Shown piece by piece: positions 12,117 through 22,141 of a DNA stretch of 64,000 bases. Numbering within the stretch: the first letter of the stretch is position 1; the number at the start of each line of letters is the position of its first letter. The position numbers and the translations under genes were made by a program. The DNA comes from an uncultured Aliarcobacter sp. (lineage in GTDB: Bacteria > Campylobacterota > Campylobacteria > Campylobacterales > Arcobacteraceae), in contig CAXXLV010000002.1 of NCBI GenBank assembly GCA_963664305.2, positions 128,001-192,000 on the forward strand, read 5' to 3'. The notes under the pieces are model-generated. The model was not told the DNA's origin, made no database searches, and was given only the letters and a program-made list of their open reading frames with translations.

Positions 12117-12698
12117 ATGTCAAATAAAGTAATAGGTATAGAATATACATTAAAAGATGCAAAAACTGGTGAACAATTAGATTCAAATGTTGGTCAAGCT
12201 CCATTAGAATTTATTTCAGGAAAAGGACAAATTATTCCTGGATTAGAATCTAAATTAGTTGAAATGGCTGCAAATGAAGAAGCTGATGTTTTAGTTGAAG
12301 CTAAAGATGCGTATGGTGAATATAATGATGAAGCTGTACAAACATTACCAAAAGAACAATTTGCTGGTATTGAATTAGTTGAAGGTATGTCATTATATGG
12401 AACAGGTGAACATGGTGAAACTGTACAAGTTGTAGTTAAATCATTTACTGATTCTGATGTAACAATTGATTACAATCACCCAATGGCTGGTAGAACATTA
12501 ATGTTTACAGTTGCTATTTTATCTTTAAGAGATGCAACTGAAGAAGAAGTACAAACTGGTGTTGTTGGTGGAATGGCTGCTATGGGTGGTGGTTGTTGTG
12601 GTGGCGGAGGTCACTCTCATGGTGGAGGTTCTTGTGGAACTGGTCATGATCATGATCATGGACACGGACACTCTCACGGTGGTTGTGGTTGTCACTAA
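12117..12698 (+). CDS. slyD: FKBP-type PPIase SlyD with His/Cys-rich tail
   Basis: GQIIPGLE, DYNHPMAGRTL, tail GGCCGGGGHSH...HDHDHGHGHSHGGCGCH. Confidence 0.96.
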   Translation: MSNKVIGIEYTLKDAKTGEQLDSNVGQAPLEFISGKGQIIPGLESKLVEMAANEEADVLVEAKDAYGEYNDEAVQTLPKEQFAGIELVEGMSLYGTGEHGETVQVVVKSFTDSDVTIDYNHPMAGRTLMFTVAILSLRDATEEEVQTGVVGGMAAMGGGCCGGGGHSHGGGSCGTGHDHDHGHGHSHGGCGCH

Positions 12699-12724
12699 TC
12701 TTTTTTATATAAAAAGTTTTTCTC

Positions 12725-12756
12725 TTTGCCCAGATGTATTTATACATTTGGGCAAA
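12725..12756 (+). terminator. Intrinsic terminator after slyD
   Basis: TTTGCCCAGATGTA-TTTA-TACATTTGGGCAAA hairpin followed by a T-rich run. Confidence 0.7.
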
Positions 12757-12838
12757 ATTATTTTTTAGGGTTATGAAGTTTAACTTTAAAAAATGATTTT
12801 AATAAATTTAAAACTTATATAATAAAGAGGTATTTAAA

Positions 12839-13768
12839 ATGAAAAAAGTTGCTTTTATATTTCCAGGACAAGGTAGTCAAACTGTTGGAATGGGAAAAGA
12901 TTTTTTTGAAAATAGTGAAATTGCAAAAGATATGATTTCAAAAGCAAGTGATAGATTAGGTATTGATTTTGAAAAACTTTTATTTGAAGAAAATGAAAAT
13001 TTAGGGAAAACTGAATTTACTCAACCTGCTATTTTACTTGTAAGTTCTATTGCAAATGCAATTTTTAAAGAAAAATTAAATATTACACCTGAATTTGTTT
13101 TAGGTCACTCTTTAGGAGAATTTTCAGCGTTAGTTGCTGCTGGTGCAATTGATTATTTAGATGCTGTTGAATTAGTTCATAAAAGAGGTTTATTTATGAC
13201 TGAGGCTTGTACTGGTGGAGGTGCTGGTATGATGGCATTAGTTGGAATTGATGATGCCACAGTTGAAAAAGTGTGTGCTGAACAAAGAGAACTTGGTAAA
13301 AAAGTATGGCCAGCAAACTACAATATGGATGGACAACTAGTACTTGCAGGTATTAAAGCAGATTTAGAATCTTTAGTTGATGTATTTAAAGGTGCAGGTG
13401 CTAAAAGAGCTATTGTTTTAGATATGTCTGTTGCATCACATTGTGAATTATTAACAAGTGCAGTTGAAAATTTAAAACCATATTTACAAGAGTTTTTAAA
13501 AGATGAGTTTTTACCTGTGATTTCAAATGTAAGTACTCAAGCTTATACAACTAAAGATGAAGCTATTGATTTATTAGCTGCTCAACTTACAAGTCCAGTT
13601 AAATATAAACAATCAATTAAAGCTCATGAAGATAAAGTTGATTTATTTATTGAATTTGGAAATGGAATAGTTTTAAAAGGTTTAAATAAAAAAATCACAG
13701 AAAAACCAACTCTGAATGTTTCTGATATGAAAACATTAGAAGCAGTAATAGGTGAATTAAATGACTAA
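12839..13768 (+). CDS. fabD: Malonyl-CoA:ACP transacylase
   Basis: FPGQGSQ, TQPAIL, GHSLGEF, ASHC. Confidence 0.97.
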   Translation: MKKVAFIFPGQGSQTVGMGKDFFENSEIAKDMISKASDRLGIDFEKLLFEENENLGKTEFTQPAILLVSSIANAIFKEKLNITPEFVLGHSLGEFSALVAAGAIDYLDAVELVHKRGLFMTEACTGGGAGMMALVGIDDATVEKVCAEQRELGKKVWPANYNMDGQLVLAGIKADLESLVDVFKGAGAKRAIVLDMSVASHCELLTSAVENLKPYLQEFLKDEFLPVISNVSTQAYTTKDEAIDLLAAQLTSPVKYKQSIKAHEDKVDLFIEFGNGIVLKGLNKKITEKPTLNVSDMKTLEAVIGELND

Positions 13769-14456
13769 ATTAGCAATTATGGGAGCAATGGAAGAGGAAA
13801 TTGAACCTCTTTTAGCTCATTTTGAAAATGTAAATGTAGTTGAATTTGCAAATAATAAATATTATGAAGTTAAATATAATGGTTTAGAAATTGTAGTTGC
13901 TTATTCAAAAATTGGAAAAGTTTTTGCAAGTTTAACAGCTGCAACAATGATAGAAAAATTTGGTTGTGATACACTTTTATTTTCTGGAGTTGCAGGTGGA
14001 ATTAATCCTGAACTTAAAATCGGTGATTTAATTATTGCAGATAAATTATGTCAACATGATTTAGATATTACAGCATTTGGTCATCCAAATGGATATGTTC
14101 CTGGTGGTAAAGTTTTTGTTGAAACTACAAAAAGCTTAAGAGAAATAGCAATTAAAGTTGCAAATGAAAACAATCTAAAAGTAATTGAAGGAACAATTGC
14201 AACTGGTGATCAGTTTGTTCACTCTACTGAAAGAAAAGATTTTATTCAATCTACTTTTAATGCAGATGCTTTAGAAATGGAAGGTGCAAGTGTTGCTGTT
14301 GTTTGTGATGCTTTAAATGTTCCATTCTTTATATTAAGAGCTATCTCTGATACTGCTGATATGGATGCTGGATTTGATTTTGATGAATTCTTAAAATCAA
14401 GTGCTAAAAATTCTGCAGATTATTTAATTAAGATTGTAAAAGAATTAATTAAATAA
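13761..14456 (+). CDS. mtnN: 5'-methylthioadenosine/S-adenosylhomocysteine nucleosidase
   Basis: IMGAMEEE, GVAGG, TGDQF, EMEGA, RAISD. Confidence 0.96.
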   Translation: MTKLAIMGAMEEEIEPLLAHFENVNVVEFANNKYYEVKYNGLEIVVAYSKIGKVFASLTAATMIEKFGCDTLLFSGVAGGINPELKIGDLIIADKLCQHDLDITAFGHPNGYVPGGKVFVETTKSLREIAIKVANENNLKVIEGTIATGDQFVHSTERKDFIQSTFNADALEMEGASVAVVCDALNVPFFILRAISDTADMDAGFDFDEFLKSSAKNSADYLIKIVKELIK

Positions 14457-14468
14457 ATTTTTTAAAAA

Positions 14469-14503
14469 ATAGAGTTGAAATTAAATAAATATTTCAACTT
14501 TAT
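14469..14503 (+). terminator. Probable terminator after mtnN
   Basis: ATAGAGTTGAAAT...ATTTCAACTTTAT hairpin followed by a T-run. Confidence 0.55.
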
Positions 14504-14588
14504 CTTTTTTGTCTATTTTTTCTCATTTAAAACCCTCTTTTAACACTCTTAGCAATGATAAAGTTTTCTAATATAAAAAGGAGACAAG

Positions 14589-16025
14589 ATGTTAGCTGAA
14601 ATAAATACATTTTTAAGTGATCTTATTTGGGGTTCTATATTAATTTATTTACTACCAATATTAGGATTGTTTTTTACAGTAAGTTCTAGATTTGTACAAT
14701 TTAGATATTTTTTTAAGATGTTTCATATTTTAAGAGAAACAGTTAGAGATAAAGAGGGTCATATCTCTTCTTTTCAAGCTTTAATGCTTAGTGTTGCTGG
14801 ACGTGTTGGTGGTGGAAATATTGCCGGTGTTGCTGTTGCTATAACGCTAGGTGGTCCAGGTGCTGTTTTTTGGATGTGGGTTATTGCTCTTGTAGGAATG
14901 GCAACAAGTTTCTTTGAATGTTCTTTAGCTCAATTATATAAAGAAAAAGATGGTATAGATTCTTGTGTTTATAGAGGTGGTCCTGCATACTATGCAACAA
15001 AAGCATTAAAACAAAGATGGTTAGGTGTGGTTATTTCTGTTTTATTAATGTTTACTTTTGGTTTTGCATTTAATGCGACTCAATCATTTATTATTTCAAC
15101 TTCTTTTGAAGCTTCATTTAATCTTCCAACTTGGGTAACTGGATTAGCATTAACTTTAGTTTTTGGTGTTACTATTTTTGGTGGGGTAAGAAGAATTGCT
15201 AGAATGTCTGAAGTTATTGTTCCAATTATGGCTTTAGGATATTTACTTATTGCTTTAGTTGTTATAGTTTTAAATCTTGATAAAATTCCTTCTTTAATCG
15301 TTATGATTGTAACTGAAGCATTTAATCCAAGTTCTGCAATTGGTGGAGGAATTGGAGCTGTTATTATTCAAGGTGCAAAAAGAGGTATGTTCTCAAATGA
15401 AGCGGGACTTGGAAGTGCACCAAATGTTGCAGCAGTTGCTTATGTAGCACATCCTGTTCAACAAGGAATAGTACAATCTTTTTCAGTATTTATTGATACA
15501 ATAATTTTATGTTCTTGTACAGCATTTATTATTCTTTTATCTGGTGTTTATACTCCAGGAATCAGTGGTGTTCAAGGGGTTTTATTAACTCAAAATGCTT
15601 TAATTGAACATATTGGACCATTTGGTGGAGTTTTTGTAACTCTTGCATTATTCTTATTTGGTTTCTCATCTATGATTTATAACTATTATTTAGCTGAAAA
15701 TAGTTTAAATTTCTTTAGTAAAGGAAATGTAACAGTATTTAATATTTTTAGAACATTATGTATTTTACTTGTTATTTGGGGTTCATTCCAAGATTTAAGT
15801 TCTATTTTTGCATTCTCTGACTTATCTATGGGATTATTAGCAATCATCAATATGATAGTTATTGCAATATTATACAAACCAGTACTTCAATTAATTAGAG
15901 GTTATGAAAGACAGTTAAAAGAAGGAAAAGTTCCAGTTCTTAGATACAATGATTATACAGAATTTAATTTTGACAAAGAAACGTGGAAAGAGATTGTTGA
16001 TAATATCAACGATAAAAAAGATTAA
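14589..16025 (+). CDS. Alanine/glycine:cation symporter (AGCS/AlsT family), probably for Asp/Asn/Gln
   Basis: RVGGGNIAGVA, GGPGAVFWMW, RGMFSNEAGLGSAP. Substrate inferred from the neighbours. Confidence 0.92.
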   Translation: MLAEINTFLSDLIWGSILIYLLPILGLFFTVSSRFVQFRYFFKMFHILRETVRDKEGHISSFQALMLSVAGRVGGGNIAGVAVAITLGGPGAVFWMWVIALVGMATSFFECSLAQLYKEKDGIDSCVYRGGPAYYATKALKQRWLGVVISVLLMFTFGFAFNATQSFIISTSFEASFNLPTWVTGLALTLVFGVTIFGGVRRIARMSEVIVPIMALGYLLIALVVIVLNLDKIPSLIVMIVTEAFNPSSAIGGGIGAVIIQGAKRGMFSNEAGLGSAPNVAAVAYVAHPVQQGIVQSFSVFIDTIILCSCTAFIILLSGVYTPGISGVQGVLLTQNALIEHIGPFGGVFVTLALFLFGFSSMIYNYYLAENSLNFFSKGNVTVFNIFRTLCILLVIWGSFQDLSSIFAFSDLSMGLLAIINMIVIAILYKPVLQLIRGYERQLKEGKVPVLRYNDYTEFNFDKETWKEIVDNINDKKD

Positions 16026-16045
16026 GAGTTAACTCTTAATCTTTT
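16016..16045 (+). terminator. Perfect 30-bp palindrome over the symporter stop codon
   Basis: AAAAGATTAAGAGTT/AACTCTTAATCTTTT. Confidence 0.65.
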
Positions 16046-16097
16046 AAGCAATTTTTAGACATCATACAAACTAAAAGATATAAGTAAAGGTTTTTTT

Positions 16098-17222
16098 ATG
16101 TTTAATAAAGAAGGAATACCATTTTTTATTATAGTTATACCTTTTTTATCAATATTATTTGTATCTTTCCTTTCAATCTCATACTATTTAAAACTATCAA
16201 ATGAAACTTATCAAACTGAAATAAATGAATATAAAAGACTTCATTTAAATAAATTAAGTGATACACAAATTGTTAATACATTTTTAGAAATAAAAATCAA
16301 AGAGCATGAAAAAGAAGAAAAAAAATTTAAAAAATTTTTACTTACTGCAACAGCTGTAATTTTAACTTTTATGGTACTTTTTACTTTTTTAATGTTATCA
16401 ATTATAAAAGATGTTATAAAAAAATATAAATTACAAGTTCAAAATAGAGAAAATGCTCTTGAAAGTTTAAATGAAAATTTATCTTTAAAAGTAAAACAAG
16501 GAATTGAAGAGGCTAAACAAAAAGATAGAAAAATTTTAGAACAAGCAAAACTTGCAAGAATTGGTTCTATGATTAGTATGATTGCTCATCAATGGCGACA
16601 ACCTTTAAGTCAATTATCTGGAATTTTGATGGAGTTGGAAACTACAACAAGATTTAAAAAAGTAGATAATGATTATATTTTAAATGCTATTGATAAAAGT
16701 GATAAAATGATTGAATTTATGTCAAATACAATAGATGATTTTAGAAACTTCTATAAACCAGACAAGAAAAAAGAAGACTTTTATGTTTCTGATACTTGTA
16801 AAAAAGCCATCAATATTATTGATGCGACTTTAGAAAATCTTGGAATAAATCTGATTTTAGATATAAAAGAAGATAAAAAGATTTTTGGTTATCCAACAGA
16901 ATTTTCTCAAGTTATCTTAAATATTATAAGTAATGCAAAAGATGTTTTAATTGAAAAAAATATAAAAAATCCAAAGATAGGGATAAATATTGAAACAAAA
17001 GGTATTTTATCAATAATTACTATAAAAGATAATGCAGGTGGAATTGAAGAAAAAAATTTAGAGTTGATATTTGACCCATATTATAGTACTAAAGATTCTT
17101 CAAAAGGGACTGGGCTTGGTCTTTATATTTCAAAATTGATTATTGAGCGAAATATGGGTGGAGAGTTAAGCGTATCAAATGACAGTGAAGGTGCTGTTTT
17201 TAAAATAGTTGTAGCAGGATAA
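16098..17222 (+). CDS. Sensor histidine kinase (2 TM, short periplasmic loop)
   Basis: IAHQWRQPL H-box, NAKD, DNAGGI, GTGLGL. Confidence 0.95.
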   Translation: MFNKEGIPFFIIVIPFLSILFVSFLSISYYLKLSNETYQTEINEYKRLHLNKLSDTQIVNTFLEIKIKEHEKEEKKFKKFLLTATAVILTFMVLFTFLMLSIIKDVIKKYKLQVQNRENALESLNENLSLKVKQGIEEAKQKDRKILEQAKLARIGSMISMIAHQWRQPLSQLSGILMELETTTRFKKVDNDYILNAIDKSDKMIEFMSNTIDDFRNFYKPDKKKEDFYVSDTCKKAINIIDATLENLGINLILDIKEDKKIFGYPTEFSQVILNIISNAKDVLIEKNIKNPKIGINIETKGILSIITIKDNAGGIEEKNLELIFDPYYSTKDSSKGTGLGLYISKLIIERNMGGELSVSNDSEGAVFKIVVAG

Positions 17223-17226
17223 AAAA

Positions 17227-17907
17227 ATGAAACCAGAATTAATTGAAGAGTTAAAAAATATTTCTATTTTATGTGTAGAAGATGAAGATGGAATTCGAGA
17301 AACAATTGTTAATACTCTTAATTACTATTTCAAAGATGTTTATGAAGCTTCAAGTGGAAATGAAGGATTTGAACTTTATGAGTATTATAAACCAAAAATT
17401 GTAATAACTGATATTCAAATGAGAGATGGAAATGGTGTTGATTTAGTTAAACGAATTAGAGAAAATGATTTTGAAACGATGATTATTATGTTAACAGCTC
17501 ATTCAAATGAAGAGAGTTTAATGGACTTGATAAATCTAAATATAAATCATTATATTCTAAAACCATTAAATCTAAAAAAATTGTCACAAGCTTTGGAAAA
17601 ATATCTTGTTAAATCTTCAAAAGCAGTAATGTTAAGTGATGATTTACTTTTTGATTTACAAAAAAGAGAATTAGTTTATAAAAACAGTGAAATAATTCCT
17701 TTAAGAAAGAGAGAAAAAGATTTTTTATATCTTTTATATGAAAAAAAAGGTTCTATTTTAAAATATGAAGAAATAGAGTTTGAACTATGGAATGATAAGG
17801 AGATGACAACACATGCTTTAAAATCATTTATAAAAGAATTGAGAAATAAATTACCAATAAATGTAATCAAAAATGTACCTCAAGAGGGATATACTTTACA
17901 AAAATAA
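17227..17907 (+). CDS. OmpR-family response regulator
   Basis: REC domain (VEDE, TDIQM, KP) plus winged helix (ELRNKL, GY). Confidence 0.94.
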   Translation: MKPELIEELKNISILCVEDEDGIRETIVNTLNYYFKDVYEASSGNEGFELYEYYKPKIVITDIQMRDGNGVDLVKRIRENDFETMIIMLTAHSNEESLMDLINLNINHYILKPLNLKKLSQALEKYLVKSSKAVMLSDDLLFDLQKRELVYKNSEIIPLRKREKDFLYLLYEKKGSILKYEEIEFELWNDKEMTTHALKSFIKELRNKLPINVIKNVPQEGYTLQK

Positions 17908-17973
17908 TAAAAGACACTTTTTGCATACTTTTATTTTATAAGATTTTAAAAATTATTAATCATAAGGATTTTT

Positions 17974-19386
17974 ATGGAAAAGCAATATAGAATTGAAAAA
18001 GATTTTTTAGGTGAAAAAGAGATAGAAACAAGTAAATATTATGGAATTCAAACTTTAAGAGCAAAAGAGAATTTTGATATAACAAAAACAAGTTTATCTT
18101 TATTTCCAAATTTTATAAAATCACTTGCAAAAGTTAAAAAAGCTTGTGCTTTAACTAACTATGAATTAGGTGATTTAACGGATGTTCAAAAAGATGCAAT
18201 TATTCAAGCTTGTAATGAGATAATTGATGGAAAATTTAGAGATCAATTTATTGTTGACCCAATTCAAGGTGGAGCTGGAACTTCTACAAATATGAATGTA
18301 AATGAAGTTATAGCAAATAGGGCTTTAGAAATTCTTGGAAAACCAAAAAGTTCTTATGACATCATTCATCCAAATAATCATATAAATATGAGTCAATCAA
18401 CAAATGACGTTTATCCAACAGCAATAAAATTAACTTTACATGAATTAATCTACAAACTAAAAGACAGTTTAAGATTTTTAAGAGATTGTTTTGAAGAAAA
18501 ATCTATCGAATTTAAAGATATTTTAAAAATGGGAAGAACTCAGCTTCAAGATGCTGTTCCTATGACTTTAGGACAAGAATTTAAAACATTTGCAGTAATG
18601 ATTGATGAAGATATTTTTAGATTAAGAGAGTGTCAAGCTCTTTTAAAAGAGGTAAATTTAGGTGCTACTGCAATTGGTACTGGAATTAATACAAAAGCTG
18701 CTTATCAAAGAAAAGTAATCTCAAATTTAAGAGAAGTTACTGGTGTTGATTATATAAGTGCAGGAGATTTAATTGAAGCTACACAGGATACTGGAGCATT
18801 TGTTCATATTTCTGGTGTTTTAAAAAGAGTTGCTATTAAAATCTCAAAAATTTGTAATGACTTAAGACTATTAAGTAGTGGACCAAGAGCTGGATTAAAT
18901 GAGATTAATTTACCACCATTACAACCAGGAAGTTCAATCATGCCTGGAAAAGTAAATCCAGTTATTCCAGAAGTTGTAAATCAAGTTGCTTTTGATGTTA
19001 TTGGTGCAGATACAACTATTTCAATTGCAAGTGAGCATGGACAATTACAGTTAAATGTATTTGAGCCATTAATTGCATATAAACTATTTAATTCAATAAA
19101 CATGATGAGAAGAGCATTTTACTCTTTAGGTGAAAAATGTGTTAAAGGAATTACAGCAAACGAAGAAGTTTGTATGAATAATATTTTAAATTCTGTGACA
19201 CTTGTTACTTGTTTAAATCCAATTTTAGGATATGAAAAAAGCTCAAGTATTGCAAAAGAGGCTTTAAAAACAAACAAAAGAGTTTATGACATTATCTTAG
19301 AACAAAAATTATTTACAAAAGAAGAGTTAGATGAACTTTTACAACCAAAAAATATGGTTCACAATTATGATAAAGGAATGAAATGA
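17974..19386 (+). CDS. aspA: Aspartate ammonia-lyase
   Basis: YYGIQTLRA, GGAGTSTNMN, GRTQLQDA, GSSIMPGKVNP. Confidence 0.95.
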   Translation: MEKQYRIEKDFLGEKEIETSKYYGIQTLRAKENFDITKTSLSLFPNFIKSLAKVKKACALTNYELGDLTDVQKDAIIQACNEIIDGKFRDQFIVDPIQGGAGTSTNMNVNEVIANRALEILGKPKSSYDIIHPNNHINMSQSTNDVYPTAIKLTLHELIYKLKDSLRFLRDCFEEKSIEFKDILKMGRTQLQDAVPMTLGQEFKTFAVMIDEDIFRLRECQALLKEVNLGATAIGTGINTKAAYQRKVISNLREVTGVDYISAGDLIEATQDTGAFVHISGVLKRVAIKISKICNDLRLLSSGPRAGLNEINLPPLQPGSSIMPGKVNPVIPEVVNQVAFDVIGADTTISIASEHGQLQLNVFEPLIAYKLFNSINMMRRAFYSLGEKCVKGITANEEVCMNNILNSVTLVTCLNPILGYEKSSSIAKEALKTNKRVYDIILEQKLFTKEELDELLQPKNMVHNYDKGMK

Positions 19387-19871
19387 AAATAACAGTATTA
19401 AATACAGGTGGAACTTTTAATAAAAGATATAATCCATTAAAAGGTGAACTTGAAGTTCCAACAGATAATATCGCTTTAGATGAGATAATTGAAAGTTGTT
19501 TTAATATTGAATTTGAAATTAAAAATGTAATTTCAAAAGATAGTTTAGAAATAGATAACGATGATAGAGATTATCTTGTAAAAACTATAAATGAAAGTAG
19601 TGAAAATATTATCATAGTTCATGGAACAGATACTATTGATATAACTTCAAAATATATTGATGAAAGAGTTAAAGATAAAAAGATAGTAATGACAGGTGCA
19701 ATGGTTCCTATGAGTATAAAAAAAGTTGAAGCAACTTTAAATTTTGCACAAGCAATAGGGTTTTTAAATGCACCAATATCAAATGGAGTTTATATTTCTA
19801 TGCACGGATGTGTGACAAATTATGCTAAACTTTTGAAAAATAGACAATTAGGACAATTTCTAATTTCATAA
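19383..19871 (+). CDS. Short single-domain L-asparaginase
   Basis: NTGGTF and HGTDT catalytic motifs, TGAM; only 162 aa; overlaps the aspA stop. Confidence 0.85.
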   Translation: MKITVLNTGGTFNKRYNPLKGELEVPTDNIALDEIIESCFNIEFEIKNVISKDSLEIDNDDRDYLVKTINESSENIIIVHGTDTIDITSKYIDERVKDKKIVMTGAMVPMSIKKVEATLNFAQAIGFLNAPISNGVYISMHGCVTNYAKLLKNRQLGQFLIS

Positions 19872-19880
19872 AGGATTTAG

Positions 19881-20480
19881 ATGAAAGAGTTTTTAGAAGT
19901 TTTAAAATCTTGTGGCTATGATGCTTCATTTGTAAAAAATAAAAATGAAGCATTAGAGTTAGCAAAAACATATATCAAACCAAATATGAGTGTTGGACTT
20001 GGTGGAAGTGTAAGTGTTCAAGAAATAGGATTATTAGACTATATATTAAATCAAAAAGATATAAAAGTTTTTAACCAATATGAAGATGGCATTTCTATGG
20101 AAGAGAATATTCATAGAAGAAGACAAGGTTTAGTTTCTGATATTTTTATCTCAAGTACAAATGCAATTACAAAAGACGGAAAACTTGTAAATGCAGACGG
20201 AAGTGGAAATAGAGTAGCTGCTCTTTCTTATGGACCAACAAATGTTTTATTGATTGTTGGTATTAATAAAATAGTTGATACTTTAGAAGATGGTTTTAAA
20301 AGAGTCATGGAAGTTGCAGCTGTTAAAAATATAAAAAGAATAAACAACAAAGCAATAGAAATGGGAAAAGAACCAAAATATAATCTTGAAAATATTGCAA
20401 ATAAATTCTCTTGGGTTAAAGGTGATGATATAAAAGGAAGAATAATTGTCATCTTAGTTGATGAAGAATTAGGATATTAA
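19881..20480 (+). CDS. LUD (LutC/YkgG-like) domain protein
   Basis: GGSVS, SSTNAIT.DG.LVNADGSGNRVAAL.YGP, GINKIV. Confidence 0.85.
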   Translation: MKEFLEVLKSCGYDASFVKNKNEALELAKTYIKPNMSVGLGGSVSVQEIGLLDYILNQKDIKVFNQYEDGISMEENIHRRRQGLVSDIFISSTNAITKDGKLVNADGSGNRVAALSYGPTNVLLIVGINKIVDTLEDGFKRVMEVAAVKNIKRINNKAIEMGKEPKYNLENIANKFSWVKGDDIKGRIIVILVDEELGY

Positions 20481-20503
20481 GAGTTAGAAAATCTAACTCT
20501 TAA
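20477..20503. terminator. Bidirectional terminator between the LUD gene and ferritin
   Basis: TTAAGAGTTAGA-AAA-TCTAACTCTTAA includes both stop codons. Confidence 0.75.
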
Positions 20504-21012
20504 GCTTTTAGTGTTGGGTCAACAAATACTCTTGTAGCCAATTCTTGGTCAATTACATAAAGACCATAACCATTATCTCCAATAAGTTTTATCTTATCAA
20601 TAATAGTGTTTAAAGTTGCCTCTTCTTCTACTTGTTCTGTTACATACCATTGAAGCATATTGTATGTTGCATGGTCTTTATTTTTCATAGTTAAATCACT
20701 AAGTTCATTTAGATATGAACTCATTGAAATTTCATGAACAAGAGCTTTTTCAAAAGCATCTAAAATAGATTCAAATTCAACATTAACTTTTTTAATTTCG
20801 GGTAAGTCAATTTTAACTTGATGACTCTCTAAATATTTAAACAATTTCATTGCATGGGCAAGTTCTTCTTGATACTGAACTAAAAACCAATTTGCAGATC
20901 CAGCTAGTCCTATTTTAGAAGCATAAGCAGACATTCCTAAATATATATAAGAAGATTGGAATTCTCTATTTAACTGTATAATTAACGCATTTGCAACTTC
21001 ATTTTTTAGCAT
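20500..21012 (-). CDS. ftnA: Non-heme ferritin
   Basis: NREFQSSYIYLGM, QEELAHA, LQWYVTEQVEEE. Confidence 0.93.
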   Translation of the reverse strand: MLKNEVANALIIQLNREFQSSYIYLGMSAYASKIGLAGSANWFLVQYQEELAHAMKLFKYLESHQVKIDLPEIKKVNVEFESILDAFEKALVHEISMSSYLNELSDLTMKNKDHATYNMLQWYVTEQVEEEATLNTIIDKIKLIGDNGYGLYVIDQELATRVFVDPTLKA

Positions 21013-21121
21013 ATGAACTCCTTAATTTTAATTGTGTTCAGTATACAAGAATTATTCTTTAAAATTAAAATAACATAACTTTAGATAAAATGCCCAAAAA
21101 TAAAAAATAGGACTTTATAAA

Positions 21122-22042
21122 ATGGCTTTATATACATGTGGACATATTATTCCTGATTCTGACTCAATTTGTTCAGCAATCTCTTTATCATATTTATTAA
21201 ATAAGATTGGAAGACCTGCAATCCCAGCAAGACAAGGTGAGCCAAATCCAGAAACTAAATATATTTTAGAAAGATTTGGATTTGAAGCACCAGTTTTAAA
21301 AACATCTTTTGCAGGTGATGAACTTTTTATCACTGATTATTCTGATGTTGCACAAGCTCCACAAGAATTAGATAAAACAACAATCGTTGGAATTGTTGAC
21401 CACCATAAATTAGGTGATATTACAACTTCAGCTCCATTAGAGTGTTGGATTAGACCTGTTGGTTGTACAAATACAATCGTAAAAGAGATGTATGATTTCC
21501 ATAAAGTTGAAATTCCTGCAAACATTGCTGGAATTATGATGTGTGCAATTTTATCTGATACAGTAATTTTCAAATCACCAACTTGTACAGAAACAGACAT
21601 TAAAGCTGTTAGAGAATTAGCAGCTATTTGTGGTATTGAAGATTTTGGTGCTGTTGGTATGGAAATGTTTAGAGTTAAATCAGCAGTTGCTGGAACTCCA
21701 ATAAGAGAACTTGTAATGAGAGATTACAAAAACTTTGATATGCATGGGTCTAAAGTAGGTGTTGGACAACTTGAAGTTGTTGATGGTTCAGTTTTTGATG
21801 CAATCAAAGATGAATTAATGGCTGATATCAAAAAAGTAAAAGAAGAGCAAGGATTACATACAGTTGCTTTACTTTTAACTGATATTATGAAAGAAGGAAG
21901 TGAAGTATTAGTTACTTCTGATGATGCTTCAATTTTTGAAAAAGCATTTAACTGTAAACTTGAAGATGGAAAAGTTTGGTTAGATGGTTGTTTATCAAGA
22001 AAAAAACAAATCATTCCTTTCTTAGAACCTGCATTTGCCTAA
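21122..22042 (+). CDS. ppaC: Mn-dependent (family II, DHH) inorganic pyrophosphatase
   Basis: GHIIPDSDS, VDHH, ILSDT, SRKKQI. Confidence 0.96.
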   Translation: MALYTCGHIIPDSDSICSAISLSYLLNKIGRPAIPARQGEPNPETKYILERFGFEAPVLKTSFAGDELFITDYSDVAQAPQELDKTTIVGIVDHHKLGDITTSAPLECWIRPVGCTNTIVKEMYDFHKVEIPANIAGIMMCAILSDTVIFKSPTCTETDIKAVRELAAICGIEDFGAVGMEMFRVKSAVAGTPIRELVMRDYKNFDMHGSKVGVGQLEVVDGSVFDAIKDELMADIKKVKEEQGLHTVALLLTDIMKEGSEVLVTSDDASIFEKAFNCKLEDGKVWLDGCLSRKKQIIPFLEPAFA

Positions 22043-22052
22043 ATAAAAAGAG

Positions 22053-22081
22053 TAAAAAGATAGCTTTTTGCTATCTTTTTA
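22053..22081 (+). terminator. Intrinsic terminator after ppaC
   Basis: TAAAAAGATAGC-TTTTT-GCTATCTTTTTA. Confidence 0.75.
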
Positions 22082-22101
22082 TCTTCAAATTATTACTCTA
22101 A

Positions 22102-22117
22102 TGGAACTTCAATTGCA
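22102..22117 (+). promoter_or_regulatory. Putative sigma54 (-24/-12) promoter
   Basis: TGGAACTTCAATTGCA has exact GG-N10-GC spacing, 24 nt upstream of ATG 22142. Confidence 0.55.
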
Positions 22118-22141
22118 ACTACAAAAATAGTAGGAGCAAAA

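Noticed and set aside
12580..12698. GGT/CAT-rich low-complexity repeats
   Set aside because: They encode the normal Gly/His/Cys metal-binding tail of SlyD.
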